Source: Synechococcus sp. (lineage in GTDB: Bacteria; Cyanobacteriota; Cyanobacteriia; Thermostichales; PCC-7336). From it: a stretch of DNA of 64,000 nucleotides. The position numbers were made by a program, and so were the translations under genes. Under the pieces are notes generated by a model. The model was not told the DNA's origin. It ran no database searches and saw only the letters and a program-made list of their open reading frames with translations. Position 1 is the stretch's first letter. Every line of letters starts with the position of its first letter. Shown piece after piece: positions 63,508 through 64,000 of the stretch. The stretch lies in assembly GCA_051439425.1 (NCBI GenBank), contig JBFRWD010000140.1:26309-90308 (forward strand). Direction: 5' to 3'.

Positions 63508-63767
63508 TAGCAGGGTCAGAGAAAGAGAACGGCGATCGCCAAAAAATCAAAGGGACAGTTCGAATGAGTCCAGCAATTACACGAAGTAATTTGCGGTTCC
63601 AGACTAGCTCAGGTGGGCCGAATGCCCCAAGCCAAAGCCACTGCTATGAAACCAAAAGGGCCTAAACAATCAGCGCACATAACTACAATGCGTAGCGCCA
63701 GGCAATTCCCTTACAGAAGCTGGATTCAGAACCGTCCCCAAGCACTAAAGCTTCAGCAGACTGAAAA

Positions 63768-64000
63768 CTATGCTTTGCTGTCGATGTACTTCACAGCGTC
63801 GCCAACGGTGGCAATGTTTTCAGCTTCTTCGTCGGGAATTTCCATATCGAATTCCTCTTCAAACGCCATCACTAATTCGACGGTGTCCAAGCTGTCGGCT
63901 CCGAGGTCGTTTTGGAAGTGGGACTCAGCTTTGACGGTGTCAGACTCGACTCCCAACTGATCGACGACAATCGTGCGAACCCGCTCTAACGTATCTGACA
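63768..64000 (-). CDS. acpP: Acyl carrier protein (start codon cut by the window edge)
   Basis: [14 protein letters not shown]. The frame extends to (A)TG TCA GAT ACG at the window end. Confidence 0.96.
   Translation of the reverse strand, partial: SDTLERVRTIVVDQLGVESDTVKAESHFQNDLGADSLDTVELVMAFEEEFDMEIPDEEAENIATVGDAVKYIDSKA

Overview
Cyanobacterial chromosomal segment: frequent HIP1 octamers (GCGATCGC) plus crtE, heme oxygenase, ycf51, pentapeptide-repeat and GvpL/F-type genes. Bases 1-37.3 kb are mostly core genes (lrgAB-like pair, hrcA, panD, ppk, era, glgA with a divergent GH57-like gene, crtE, pgi, DUF2470 + heme oxygenase, cbiG-cobJ, an atypical P450, an HstK-type hybrid kinase, thiO, DJ-1). 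Bases 37.3-45.9 kb form a HIP1-poor accessory island: a sulfatase, three decayed transposases and a large AGE-epimerase/repeat/Ig-like fusion gene bracketed by IS5-type ends like a composite transposon. Bases 46-62 kb hold a probable organic-nitrogen scavenging region: a PotABCD-like ABC operon behind an NtcA-type promoter, an M20 N-carbamoyl amidohydrolase, two stand-alone allophanate-hydrolase C-terminal-like proteins, a two-component pair and a Dpp-type ABC operon. The window ends with fabF and acpP. The most unusual signals are a ~80-bp non-coding element present twice (1395 and 10363) in gapless alignment with hairpin + pseudoknot potential, the IS-bounded AGE cargo, and the NtcA/ureide-like cluster. 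All calls come from reading the sequence and recalling motifs; no database searches were run.
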